A DNA stretch of 64,000 nucleotides, from contig NC_086097.1 in the NCBI RefSeq assembly GCF_963921235.1, positions 115,136,001 to 115,200,000 of the forward strand, in the 5' to 3' direction. The notes below the pieces were generated by a model, which made no database searches, was not told the origin of the DNA, and was given only the letters and a program-made list of their open reading frames with translations. Numbering within the stretch: the first letter of the stretch is position 1; each line of letters starts with the position of its first letter. The position numbers and the translations under genes were made by a program. This DNA is from Mobula hypostoma (lineage: Eukaryota). Below are positions 12,960-24,840 of this stretch, one piece after another.

Positions 12960-13420
12960 GTCAAAGGGCTGAAAACTGGGAGCTGGTTCAGAAGCAGATT
13001 CTGGACTACGTTACCATTTGTGTGAGACTGGGTGATCCTTTGGGATTAAGGATGATTTACTTGAATTCTGGTTTTGTAGATGATGAATTGACTTAGGAGG
13101 CCAATGCAGGAGCCACAAGCTCTCTCATGGAGGGGACAGGAGGTGACTGATTGGGTGGATGGATGATTGATAGGGACTCCAAATACAAATGTCTGTATAT
13201 CAGTAGAGCTTCAGTGTGCCCCAGCTACAGAAACTCAAGCTAATCAATGCCATACCATATCCTCCTACCCCCACAGCCACATTTTTTAGTGTTCCTGGGA
13301 CACTAAATTCTTTTGAAGAAGGTTTTAACATATCCTTGAATCTTTTTCTCTGGACATCTGGTATTTTTTTCCCTATGACAGAGTGCGGAGTAGTGTATCT
13401 GTTCATACACATTAGAAACA
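12960..13420 (-). mobile_element. RTE-clade LINE 3' remnant
   Basis: GKKIPDVQRKRFKDMLK resembles the RTE C-terminal GxRxxGGQRKRxKD motif. Confidence 0.65.
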
Positions 13421-13434
13421 AGCAAACTAGAGAC

Positions 13435-14330
13435 ATAAGAGAGAGCAGATACTGGAAATCTAGATCAACACACTTTTGAGGAGGAACTCAGCAGGTCAAG
13501 TAGCATCAGTGGACAGAAATGGACAGTCAACATTTCAGGTTGAGACTTTGCATCAGGACTGATTTGGATTCAGATGTATTTATCACATGTACATCAAAAT
13601 ATACAGTGAACTGCATCATTTGCGTTCACAACTAACACAACTTAAGGCTGTGCTGTAGTCACACCACAATTGTCGCCACGTATTCTGGCACCAACATGGC
13701 ATACCCACAACGCTTGGCAAAATAAAACAGACAAAAATAAACAGATCAGGACAAACAACAAAACAACAACAACAGAATAAGCCCCGTTTCTCTCTCCCAA
13801 CCACCCCCACACACCAATAGTTCTTGAGCTCCAGGACAGTCCTCCTGCCTCCAATCTTCAGGCCTTGGCCGTTGGGCTTCACCTTCCAAACTTCTGATTG
13901 ACCTCTGGTATCGTCCCCCAAGCAAGCCAACGATGGGTCCCCAGACTCCTGACGAACTCCAGACTTGAACTCTTGGTGTGCCGACTGACAAGCCCTCATG
14001 CCTCCTGCTCACATGGCCTTCAAGTGCACAGTGGAAGCCTGGGCAATGGATGTTTTTCACCATTTGTCCATGTTGCTCAACTTTAAACACAGAACATGCA
14101 GGCCTGGTGTGAGGATGTCCTTCGTCAACTATTCATGCCCACTGAAATGAAAGAGCAGAGGTAGCCAGGATAAAAAGAGGAGGAGAAGGGATTCAGCAGG
14201 AGCTAGCAGATGATAGGTTGGTCCAGGTGGGATAGGCTGATAAGCAGGTAAAGGAGGAGGAAGTGAGAATGATACATGGAGCTGGGAGATGATGGAAGTA
14301 ACAAATGAATTAAGAAGACGGAATCAGACG
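13435..14330 (-). mobile_element. PLE-derived repeat interrupted by a minus-strand element (13561-14095)
   Basis: PLE terminus at 13435-13560 (minus AGTCCTGATGC..GAAATGTTGACT); purine-rich PLE body resumes at ~14150. Confidence 0.6.
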
Positions 14331-14484
14331 CGAATATATGGCAATTTTAACACACAATTGACTAGACCTCATTATAATCCTGGCATCTGTTTTAATATTT
14401 CAATAAAGTATAGTCACACTAGTTGAACCAGGATATTGTTCATAATGCCCAATGTGATAGTATCCTTGCTACATCACACTACTT

Positions 14485-14740
14485 GAGGGAGGTGAAGGAG
14501 GCTAGCTGGAAAGAGGTAGGTGAAGCCAGGTGGGCAGGTAAGGTCAAGGGCTGAAGAAGAAGGAATCTGCTAGGATTACCCTCCACTCACCTTTTTATTC
14601 TGCCATCTTCCCCCTTCCTTCTCAGTCCTGAAGAAGGGTCTCAGCCTGAAATGTCGACTATTCATTTCCATAGATGCTGCCTCCAGCATTTTGTGTGTGT
14701 TGATTTGGATTTCCAGCATCTGCAGACTTTCTCTTGTTCA
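14485..14740 (+). mobile_element. PLE-derived repeat with internal inversion
   Basis: Minus-oriented body at 14485-14575 abuts a plus-oriented terminus at 14580-14740. Confidence 0.75.
14624..14659 (+). ncRNA. Minimal type-I hammerhead ribozyme motif
   Basis: AGTC-CTGAAGA-A-GGGT.CTCA.GCCT-GAAAT-GTC-GACT: helix I AGTC/GACT, CUGANGA and GAAA core, GUC site. Activity untested. Confidence 0.7.
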
Positions 14741-16014
14741 TGACAATCCTGTGTACAAGGTCTTTTCGGAATAACTGAAGAACGATGAGTCAATATGTTT
14801 TCTGTATAAAATTTTATTATTCACGTTATGCTCAATGAAATATATTTCACTTTCCTTATCTGTATTAACAAGGATCAAGCCAACATGGAGAATGAAGCCT
14901 GTGCCTCTGGTACTGAGATCATCTGGTAATCATCCTTTCCAGAAGCAGAAAGATTTACCTTACATCAGCGTGTCCATCTGTGTTTCTACGAGCATGGTCA
15001 GACCAACTCAATAAACTCAAATCACATCTGATTAGATTTTACAGAATTTAATTCAAAATATTCTTTCATCAGGAACTGTCATCTTTTCCTTTTATAATCA
15101 GGCAATTGAATTCACTCTGGCAGCAATGAAATTGCTACGAGGTTTTGCATTCAGCGTATTTGATAAGAAGACAGCTTTTAAATAATAACTCTACCTTAAG
15201 TTATTTAATATTGGGTCACAGAATAATCTCCCGTGTCAAACTTCAAATACATAGTTTTTTTTGGATTTGAACCAGATTTGGAGAATAATATTATTTCTGC
15301 AGTTTTGCACTGAGAATATGTCAAAAAGAGACCCAATGCTTTCCACAACTGTGTTTACTTCAGAAATTTCAGCACTGTCAAATGGCTTAACTTAAGGCTA
15401 GATGACATAAGCATCAGCAACCCAATAAGCCACACTATTTTGCTTTCCTTTTGTTCAATTTCACTTCTCTCACCCAGATCTTTGCCAGAACACAGAAATA
15501 TTCTGTCTGCCAGGTTATATCCTAAGTTATGATGTGGTTTCCAAGTTGTACCAAGGATTTTAGCACTGTTGCTACTGCTTTTCTGAAAATGTTGTATTTT
15601 TGGCTGATAATAGAGATCACACAGATTCTTTCCAGGAGATGTAGAAATGTTTCAGAGCAGGATGTCGTTTCCTTTCCCAGTCTATTGATCACATTCTGGA
15701 TTCTACACCAGGAACTCCGTTGGCTCTGACAAGGAAGTTACTCAACCCAAGCTGATTGCTGCTCTAAGTCAGGAAGGCTGGCAAGAATGAACCTCATGAG
15801 GAATTTCAGAATTACCTGTCACCGGAATATCAGAAACAATGAATGCACCACGCCACTATTACTCAGAGCCTGGATTAACCATCCAGAGTTATGTTTAAAT
15901 CTCAATATCATAGTTGGGGAATTGAGTGTAAAAATAGGAATAGCTGAAAATACTCAGCAGGTCAGGCATCATTTGTGAATAGAGAAGCAGAGTTTTAGGT
16001 TCACGACTTATAAA

Positions 16015-18240
16015 TATATCTTCACCACCCTCTGGCTAAAGAAATTCCTCCTCATCTCCGTTCTAAATGGATGTCTATCAATTCTGAGGTTGTGCCCTCT
16101 AGTCCGAGACTCACCCACTATAGGAAATACCCTCTCCACATCCACTCCATCTAAGTCCTTTCAACATTTAATAGGTTTCAATGAGATGCTCCCTCATTCC
16201 CTAAATTCCAGCGAGTACAGGCCTAGCACCTTGAAACACTCCTCATATGATAAGACTTTCAATCCCGGAAGCATTTTCATGAACTTTTTCTGTACCCCTT
16301 CCAATCTCAGCACATCCTTTCTTAGATAAGAGGCCCAAAACTGCTAACGATATTCCAACTGGGGCCTTATCAGTGCCTTATAAAGCCTCAGCATTACATC
16401 CTTGCCTTTATATCATAATCCTCTTGGAATGAATGCTAACATTGTATTTGCCTTCCCCACCATAGACTCAGCCTGCAAATTAAACCTTAGAGAACCTGCA
16501 TGAGGATTCCCAGGTTTCTTTGCAAATCGGATTTTTGAATTTTCTCCCCATTTAGAAAATAGTCTACGTTTTTATTCCTTCTACCAAAGTGCATGACCAT
16601 ACACTTCCTGAAACTGTGTTCTATCTGCCACTTCTTTGCTCATTTTTGTAACTTGCATAAGTCCTTCTGCAACCTCTCTGCTTCCTCAACAATGCCTATC
16701 CCTCCACCTATTATTGTACATCTGCAAACTTGGCCACAAAGCCATTAATTCCATCATCCAAATCTTTGACATACAACATAAAAAGAGGTGGTTCCAATAT
16801 TGACCCCTGTAGAACACTACTAGTCATCAGCAGTCAATCAATTTATTCCCACTCTTATCCTCCTGCTCTATCCATTCTAGTATCTTTCCTAAAATACAAT
16901 GGGCTCTTATTTTGCCTCATGTGCTGCAGCTTGTCAAAGGCTTTTTGAAAATCCAAGTACACAATGACCGCCAATTCTCCTTTGTCTATCCTACTTGTTA
17001 TTTCCTCAAAGAACTCCACCAGATTTGTTAGGCAAGATTTTCCCTTCCATGCTGACTTTGGTCCATTTTGTCACGTACCTCCAAGTAACCCGAAAAATCA
17101 TCCACACAACCACCAAAATCAGAGGAACTGGCTTATAGTTTCCTTTCATCTGCCTCTCTCCCTACTTGAAAAGTGGAGTGACATTTGCAATTTTCCAGTC
17201 CTGTGGAATGATATCATTACTTCAGCCACCTCTTTCAGAACCCTGGGATATGGTCCATCTGGTCCAGGTGACACTTCTACCTTCTGACCTTCCACCTTCC
17301 CAAGCACCTTCTCCCTAATTATAGCAACCTAGTAACAGAATGCTGTGGACCTGATCTGAGACAATCCTGACTCTGTCACCTGGAATGCAACATACCATAT
17401 GGGTGTCTCTATCATGACCACAGAATCCTTATCTACTCCTCTCCTATCACTACTGCAATTGCCTTCTCCTGCCTTTCCTTCTGAGCCACAGCACCAGACT
17501 CAGTGCCGGAGACTTGATCACTGTGGCTTCCCCCGAAAGGTTATTCCTCAACAGTATCCAAACTGGTATACTTATTATTGAAGGGAAAAGCCACAGTGGC
17601 ACAGATGCACTGGCTGCTCATTTCCTTTCTATCTCCTTACAGTCACCTAAGTATCTGTCTCCTGCAACTTAGGGGTGACAATGTCCCTGTAGCTCCTATC
17701 CATTATTTCCTCAGTTTCCCATATGAGCCGAAGGTCAGTGAGTTGCGTGTTCCTTAAAACATTCTCTTGAGGAGTTGCACCTGGTGCAGATGTGGTTATC
17801 TGGGAGGCTGGAGGTCTCCCAGAATCTCCATGTCTCATACAAAGAACAAAACACAGCCCCTGGAGCCATTCTCACCACACTAACAGAGGAAGAATGAAAA
17901 AGAAGAAGAAACTTATCAAATATTTACCTTGCCCAAACTTGTTATCACTGAAGCATGATGAGCCAAAGACTCCCCACTCACACAAAGGCCGCTCCACTTG
18001 TCCCTGCCTTATTTTTATTTGCCATCGCTAATGTATTGCGATTTGATTAGCCCACCAGAAAATGCTGAAAGCCCGCAAATGCTCCTTTTTATATATCTAT
18101 GAGTTGCCTCCTCTCTCGCTCCCAATTTGATTCGGCCACTGGAAAAATGCCAATAACATGTGAAAACTCCTTTTTAAATTCCACTCATAGCCTCTACCAC
18201 ATTCCTAGTTCGAGTGGGTTGCTGGAAAAATGTTGAGATG
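16015..18240 (-). mobile_element. Decayed, internally deleted CR1-type LINE (ORF1 part plus ORF2 fragments)
   Basis: ORF 17647-17838 LTDLRLIWETEEIMDRSYRDIVTPKLQE is ORF1-like. 16015-17330 is collinear with 27780-29160. Confidence 0.8.
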
Positions 18241-18479
18241 GATCAAGTATAATTTGGAGATGAATTTCTATGGGCAGCTGAACTCAAGGAAGACTTTCCA
18301 CAGCCCTTCCCACATGGTTCCCTGTGTCTATAGAATGAGGGAATTCATAATGTGAATTGGGGAATATATCTTCAGCCTCAGAGCAGGTGGATAAGGAGGA
18401 AATAACTTTCCATGTGACAGGCAGCTGGGGGAGACCAGTCAAACTTGTCTCCCTCCTTGAAATGCACTGCAAGGATAAA

Positions 18480-19090
18480 AAGAAATGATCTCCAAAAAGG
18501 CAGAATCTAACCAACTCTCCTTATGTTCAATGCCTTACCTTCACCAAATCTCCCACCATCAGTATTCTGTGGGTATCATTATTGGACGGACACTGAAGTG
18601 GATCAGGCACATAAACACAATGGGTACAAGAGCTGGTTAGAGACTGGATATCCCAGAGAGAGCTCCTCACTTTTTGACATCTTAAGTCCTTTTCAGCTTC
18701 TACAATGCATAACTCAAAAGGGTGATGATATATTTTCCACTTACCTTAGTAAGTGCAACTCAAACAACACTCAAGCATCACATCTTGAACCAAACAACTC
18801 ATTGGCAACCCTCCATCACATTAAACATTCATTTCTTTCACTGCCAACACACTGGGGATTCAGCATATGCTGTCTACAATATCACCAATATTGCTTTCCA
18901 AACCCAGTATTTTATCATTAAGAGGAACAATTGAGAGAGGTTTCCTGTTGAGATGCACACCATCTTGACTTGGAAATATACTGTCCATCTTCAATATCAC
19001 TGGATATTAATTCTAGAACTTGCTAGCTGATATCACTGTGGGAATGCATTCACCCGTTATGGATTGCAGTAATTGTAAAAGAGCCGTTTG
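18480..19090 (+). mobile_element. Old CR1/L2-group LINE RT C-terminal fragment
   Basis: ACAAGAGCTGGTTAGAGACTGGATATC reads RAG*RL.I, followed by a degenerate V.MEYxPLxW-like segment. Confidence 0.55.
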
Positions 19091-19784
19091 AGGCTAGCAG
19101 GCTTTTTGCTTCATAATTGCTGGTTAGAGCCATAGAGTCATCGAGTACCACAGCAAAGAAATAGGCCCCTTGGCTCAACTAATCCATGCTGAACCCGTGC
19201 TGTCCATCTCACCCCGTCAACCCGCACCTTGACTTTCTTTTCCCCACACACCCATGATATAACTTTCTTATGTATACCTAAGCCTGTTCAAAATCATGCT
19301 TTCCTTTTTATTTCATCACCCTAATTCTATGAGAAATTCTGTTTACATTTGTTTAAAGACTATGATGCTGTCTGGCACCACCAGGTCTATAGTATTTAGG
19401 TTTATTTAGGTATATGTTAGCCAATAAGAAACACAGTTGATAAGAACAAGGAAGCAGTGCAAACATTGATGGAAGAACATTGCACAGAAGATATCTGAAT
19501 TGGGAATGACACGTAGAGTCAATACCACTGATTCTAAAGTCAGTTGTAAAATGATGGCAGAACTATAAGTTCCCTTGCATATAAAACATCTTTATTAACC
19601 AAGGTGTACTCTATTCTGGGTAAATTTATCAAACCTTCCTTCCCAGGCATAACCATGAAGTGATCAGGAAATCGATATGATTCTGATAATAATAATTACT
19701 GCTCCCAAATCGGCAATCCATGGACTCATACATTAAACGTGCCACATGTCTCTTTAAGTCTAAATCATTTCAACTTGCATTCTA

Positions 19785-20125
19785 TACACAAAGGAAGACA
19801 CAACAGGGAGTGAGCTGGGAGAATAGAACTGATATGCAGCCTTGCACTAGATGTCAGCAAGACCAAAGAACTGTCTGAGGACTTCAGAAAAGGTAAAGTG
19901 AGGGAACACACACCAATCCTCATAGAGCGATCTGAAGAAGAAAGAGTGAGCAATTTCAAGTTCCTGGGTGTCAACATCTCTGAGAATGTAACCTGGACCC
20001 AACATATTGATGCAGCCATAAAGAAGGCATGACAGCGGTTATATTTTATTAGATGTTTGAGATTTGTTATGTCACCAAAAATGCTCTCACATTTCTTCAG
20101 ACGTATCATGGGGAACATTCTAAAT
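19785..20125 (+). mobile_element. Rex1-type LINE RT fragment
   Basis: DVSKTKEL, ERVSNFKFLGVNISENVTW, KKA*QRLYFIR. Confidence 0.8.
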
Positions 20126-20176
20126 AAACATATATTTACTGTATTTCACACTTTTCCTCTCTATATATCATGTATT

Positions 20177-20421
20177 AGTCATAGTCATACTTTATTGATC
20201 CTGGGGGAAATTGGTTTTCATTACAGTTGCACCATAAATAATAAATAGTAATAGAACCATAAATAATTAAATAGTAATATGTAAATTATGCCAGGAAATA
20301 AATCCAGGACCAGCCTATTGGCTCAGGGTGTCTGACCCTCCAAGGGAGGAGTTGTAAAGTTTGATGGCCACAGGCAGGAATGACTTCCTATGACGCTTTG
20401 TGCTGCATCTCGGAGGAATGA
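20177..20421 (-). mobile_element. 5'-truncated copy of the young Rex1-type LINE
   Basis: Close reverse complement of ~27055-27310, including the (CTATGA)n tail. Confidence 0.9.
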
Positions 20422-20667
20422 AATGGGGAGGAATTATATTGTACTGCTGCCGTAAATTTTTAAAAAAAATTTCATGACATATGCCAATGTTATTAAACCT
20501 GATTCTGAAACAGGCATCCTAGGTAATACTGAGAGCATTCAACAGATTAGAAACTGATTAGTAACCTGAAATGTTGTTTTTCTTTCTCCAGCAATATTAC
20601 TTGTCTTGCTGATTGCCTTCAGCATTTCCTGTCTTTGTTACAGAAAACAAGCATTCACAGAAACTAT

Positions 20668-21010
20668 TGTGGTAAGCATTCAATCCACGATGACAGATGA
20701 GAGAAGCTCGTTCAGCTCAACAGCCAGGTTTATTGCGACAAGCACAGAAACAGACCAGGCGCTATGACCCAGGGAATCCACTCAGTTGCATACAGACGGG
20801 AGACACCTCGGTTACAGTCAGGGTGACCCATAAACACACCTGCAAATAACTGTACAACCCAAGCTAAACTGTAACAATACATGAACTTGAACATCTTATA
20901 ATAATCCCATGAATGCATTTTAAAACAAGAGCAATAAATTGTGCTGGCCACTAGGAATGCTGGGGAGGTTTGTCAACCATGCCCTTCCAGCCAACACCCT
21001 GGAGCCTACA
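20668..21010 (-). mobile_element. Solo LTR (343 bp)
   Basis: TGTGG...CTACA ends, 4-bp TSD CTAT (20664-20667 and 21011-21014), minus-strand AATAAA at ~20729-20734. Confidence 0.7.
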
Positions 21011-21739
21011 CTATTTTATTTCAGCTTCTCTCATCCATTTGTATTGCTGCTCGGCTAGTCAAATTCAAAATCAATTGATTATTCTCTATTCCTTGCTAAT
21101 TTCCACCTCCAGTGGATAGAGTACACTTCGTAGACTTTCACTGTTAGGATGATGCATGAAATATTTCCCTTCATTAAGTTCACTAAGACACAAAGTATCA
21201 TCTTTGCTTTTCATTTTGCTTTGAAGTTATAGATTCTGGGACAACTTTATTGTGACTGGGACTGTCAAGTGTTTAACAAGAAAATAATTGGCTTTCTTTA
21301 AACTGTATTTTTACTAATGAACCTGAACATGTGTTTAGATAGAAATCTCAGTGATTTTCATGACACTATCTGTTGTAGGAGAGGAGGGACTATCATTTGA
21401 TATTTAAATTCTGAAGCTACATAATTACATCTGGAACGGCAGAATGTAATGGGTGTGATAGTTCCTCCATGCTTACTGGGTTGCTCCAAATTCTGTTTGA
21501 GATTGCCAGAGGTGCTAAATGCAGTCATCCTTGATTTCTACTTTATATCAATCACCTATATTTGTGCAGATGCAATTTTTTAAGAGCATAATCTACACTC
21601 AGTGGCCACTTTATTAGGTTCAATTATTCATTCATTAGTGCCATGTCGTATGACTCTGGTGATCATTGGGTACATTTATTTGGTACCTCCTGATAATACA
21701 GAGAATCTGCCAAAACTTCCAAAAGAGTCGAGGAACGGT

Positions 21740-22255
21740 CATGCCTTTGTAATGGGACTTATGTGCTCGTCCCAGGACAGCTTGTTTGAAATGATAATGG
21801 CATGGTATTTAAAGTTACTGACACTTACTCCAGAAGTCAAAGATCCACTCTTTGGTTTTACTGACATTGAGTGAGAGCACCATTCAACCAGACTTTCAAA
21901 GTCCCTCCTCCATGCTGATTTATCAACATCTTTGATTCGGCCAACAACAGTGGTGTTATCAATATGATTGATGTGTACTTAGCCTCACAGTCATAAGGAG
22001 AAGGCAAGTAGAGCAGGGGACTAAGCATACAGCCTTCTGGTGCACCTGTGCTGATGGTGAGTGAGGAGGAAATGTTGTTTCAAATTGGAACTGACTGGAA
22101 GTGAGGAAATTGATGATCCACTTGCACATGGAGGCATTGAGGGCTAAGTCTTGGAGCTTATTGATTAGTTTTGTGTGTTTAAAGATGTTTCAGAACTGAG
22201 TGAAGAGCCAATAAAAAATGGCATCTGCTGTTGACCTGTTGTTATTGTAGGCAAA
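21740..22255 (-). mobile_element. Rex1-type LINE RT fragment
   Basis: Minus strand encodes TGAPEGCMLSPLL and DNTTVVGRI segments. Confidence 0.7.
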
Positions 22256-22614
22256 GTTTCCCTGTTCTTTATCTGAAATGTTGGATGGGAATCTCTGATA
22301 AAACATTAGGAGGACAAAGCCATTGCTTTTGCTCCCTCAACAAGCACTGTTCATTGTATCCATCCCTCTAAATGACATTCATACCAAACCAGATTGTTTT
22401 AAAACTTTCATATCTGACCAGAAATAAATTTTGGATGCCATCATAATTTTCATGGTGATTCTGTGTTGCCGCTTCAGATCATTTGATAGTGAAATTCTAG
22501 TCTTCATCTTTATTATTTTTGCCTTAGCTATTCTAATACATTTTGGTCAATCCTCTCTAATTCTGTCTTCAGTAGATGACAAATTCTACAGTCGTGTCCC
22601 TAAATTGCATCTTT

Positions 22615-23070
22615 TTAGCAGGATGCCCTGGATTAGAGACCACGCTTTATAAGGGTGGCTGGGTGAGCTCGCGTTTTTCTCATTGGAGCGAAAGAGGATG
22701 AGAGGTGACTTGATAGAGGAGTACAAGATAAGAAGGGGCATTGATTGAGTGTACAGCCAGAGAATTTTCCCCAGTGTGGAAATGGCTAACACGAGGCAGC
22801 ATAATTTTAAGGTGACTGGCGAAAAGAATAAAGGGGGAGCTCAGAGGTAATTTTTTCCCACAGAGAGTGGTGTGTTCATGGAACACGCTGCCAAGGGTGG
22901 TGGTAGAGCTAGATACATCAGGGACATTAAACAGACTCTTAGACGGGCACAAAGATGATAGAAGGGCTATGTGGGAAGAAAGAGTTAGAGTGATCTCAGA
23001 GTATGTTAAAAGGTTGGCACAATATCATGGCCTGAAAGTCCTGTACTGTGCTGTTATCTTCTATGTTCTA
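22615..23070 (+). mobile_element. CR1/HER1-type LINE 3' end
   Basis: SLERKRMRGDLIEEYKI and QRVVCSWNTLP; ends CTATGTTCTA. Confidence 0.85.
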
Positions 23071-24840
23071 GATTTAGCCAAGGGACAAGGACCTACATCA
23101 GTTAAATGACTTGGTTCTGAATATCATTGATTATCAGCTTCCTTCACAAGAAGTGGAGGGCAGGAATTTTCAAGAGACAGAGGGGGGACATTTTCTCTGC
23201 TGATTTCTGCTTTACTTTCTGACTGTTTTGATTGACAGGAAACCGGGGGTGTAACCAGCAGTGTTCAGTGACAGAGTGGTACAAGCTGCTGGCATGACAC
23301 CCTTTGATTATCATTACTGAAACTGAACTCTGGTGCAAGGCCTTAATACAAGCTGTTGCTGGGCCAATGGCCTCATACTGAGTATGTCAAAGAAATTGCT
23401 TTTGGATTACTAAAGGGATGATAGGTCTACAAGTCAAATGTGTTCTGGAAATCATGCAGAATAACATACGTATTAAAATTTTACAGTGAGCTGCACCATG
23501 AAATGGACAAAATTCAATGAACATGTATAACTCACATATAGTCATTTCCACACTGGGGAAAATTCTCTGGCTATCCATTCAATCTATGCCCCTTATCATC
23601 TTGTACACCTCTATCAAGTCACGTCTCATCAGCGTCTGTCCACTGAGAAAAACCCTGGCTCGCTCAGTCTGTCTTGTGATCTATGGTATGGGATTTTCCA
23701 GATTTATGATCTTCTCTGTGGAATGTTGCATATTAAATGTAGGAGTTATTTTTATAAACTGAGCACATTGAGTTATACTTTAACCTCTAGCCATATGTTC
23801 AAGGAACTCTGATGCTCTTTGTTATATTCGTCTACGGCTATCACTGGATATTTAATCTGTACAACTTTCACAAAATTTATTGGCCTCGAAAATGTGGATT
23901 TAGGAATGTGTCTGTGAAACATCCAAAAATAAGTGTTGCACGTATGAAATTTTACCGGCATTGTAATAACTAATTTTGTGCACTTTTTTCTGTGGGTTGG
24001 CAGTCATCATTAAAATGGATAGAGAAGTTGGAATGAGGAATTTCCAAGCCACTCTGTTTAATTGTCATCTAGATTGTGGAAGTAGCAGAAAGGTAAGGGT
24101 TGCATATAGTGTGCAGTCAGCCCAGATAATTGAGACCTTTGAAGAGAGTCATAGAGTCATTGAGCACATCCTTGGTGACAGTGGTCCTTAATGATGGATG
24201 CTGTCTTTTTGAGGTTAGTGCCCATGACGGAGCTAGCTGAGTGTGCAGCTTTTTCTGATCCTGTGCAGTGGCACTTCAAGTCACTGATAGTCTTCATAAC
24301 ACACTGTCTTTTGAAGGCTCTGTGGTGCCGGGCTCAGACAAATGCTTCCTTCGTGTCAAGACTAGTCATTTATTTCTGACCTCAAGAATTCAGGTCGTAT
24401 AGACAAAAATATTGAGCCTGGGTCTTTGTTGAGCCTGAACTGAGAAACCGTGTGTCGGTTATTGGTGAGCAATTGTACCTACTCGTCAACAGAATCCACT
24501 GGCATGCGTTCTATCACCTTGCTGAAGAGTCAGAGCAGACTGATGGTGTGTAAGCTGATTTTCACGGACAGGAGACAACTTGGCAATTTTCTGTCTTGCT
24601 GGGTAGATGGCAGTGCTCGACCTGGATCTGCTTTCACCGAGGGTCACTAAGTTCTAGAACAGCCGGGGCAGTTTAGGTCTCACGATCTTTTGTCATATCA
24701 ATTTCTCAAAATCAGGTGGAATAAATAAAATTGGAACAAAATTATCTTCCTTGATGTTTTAACCTCAAGAAGAGACGCTGCTAAATTATCTTTGTGAAAT
24801 TTTTGGTAGAAGATCCTTGAACACATTTCTTTAGAACTCA

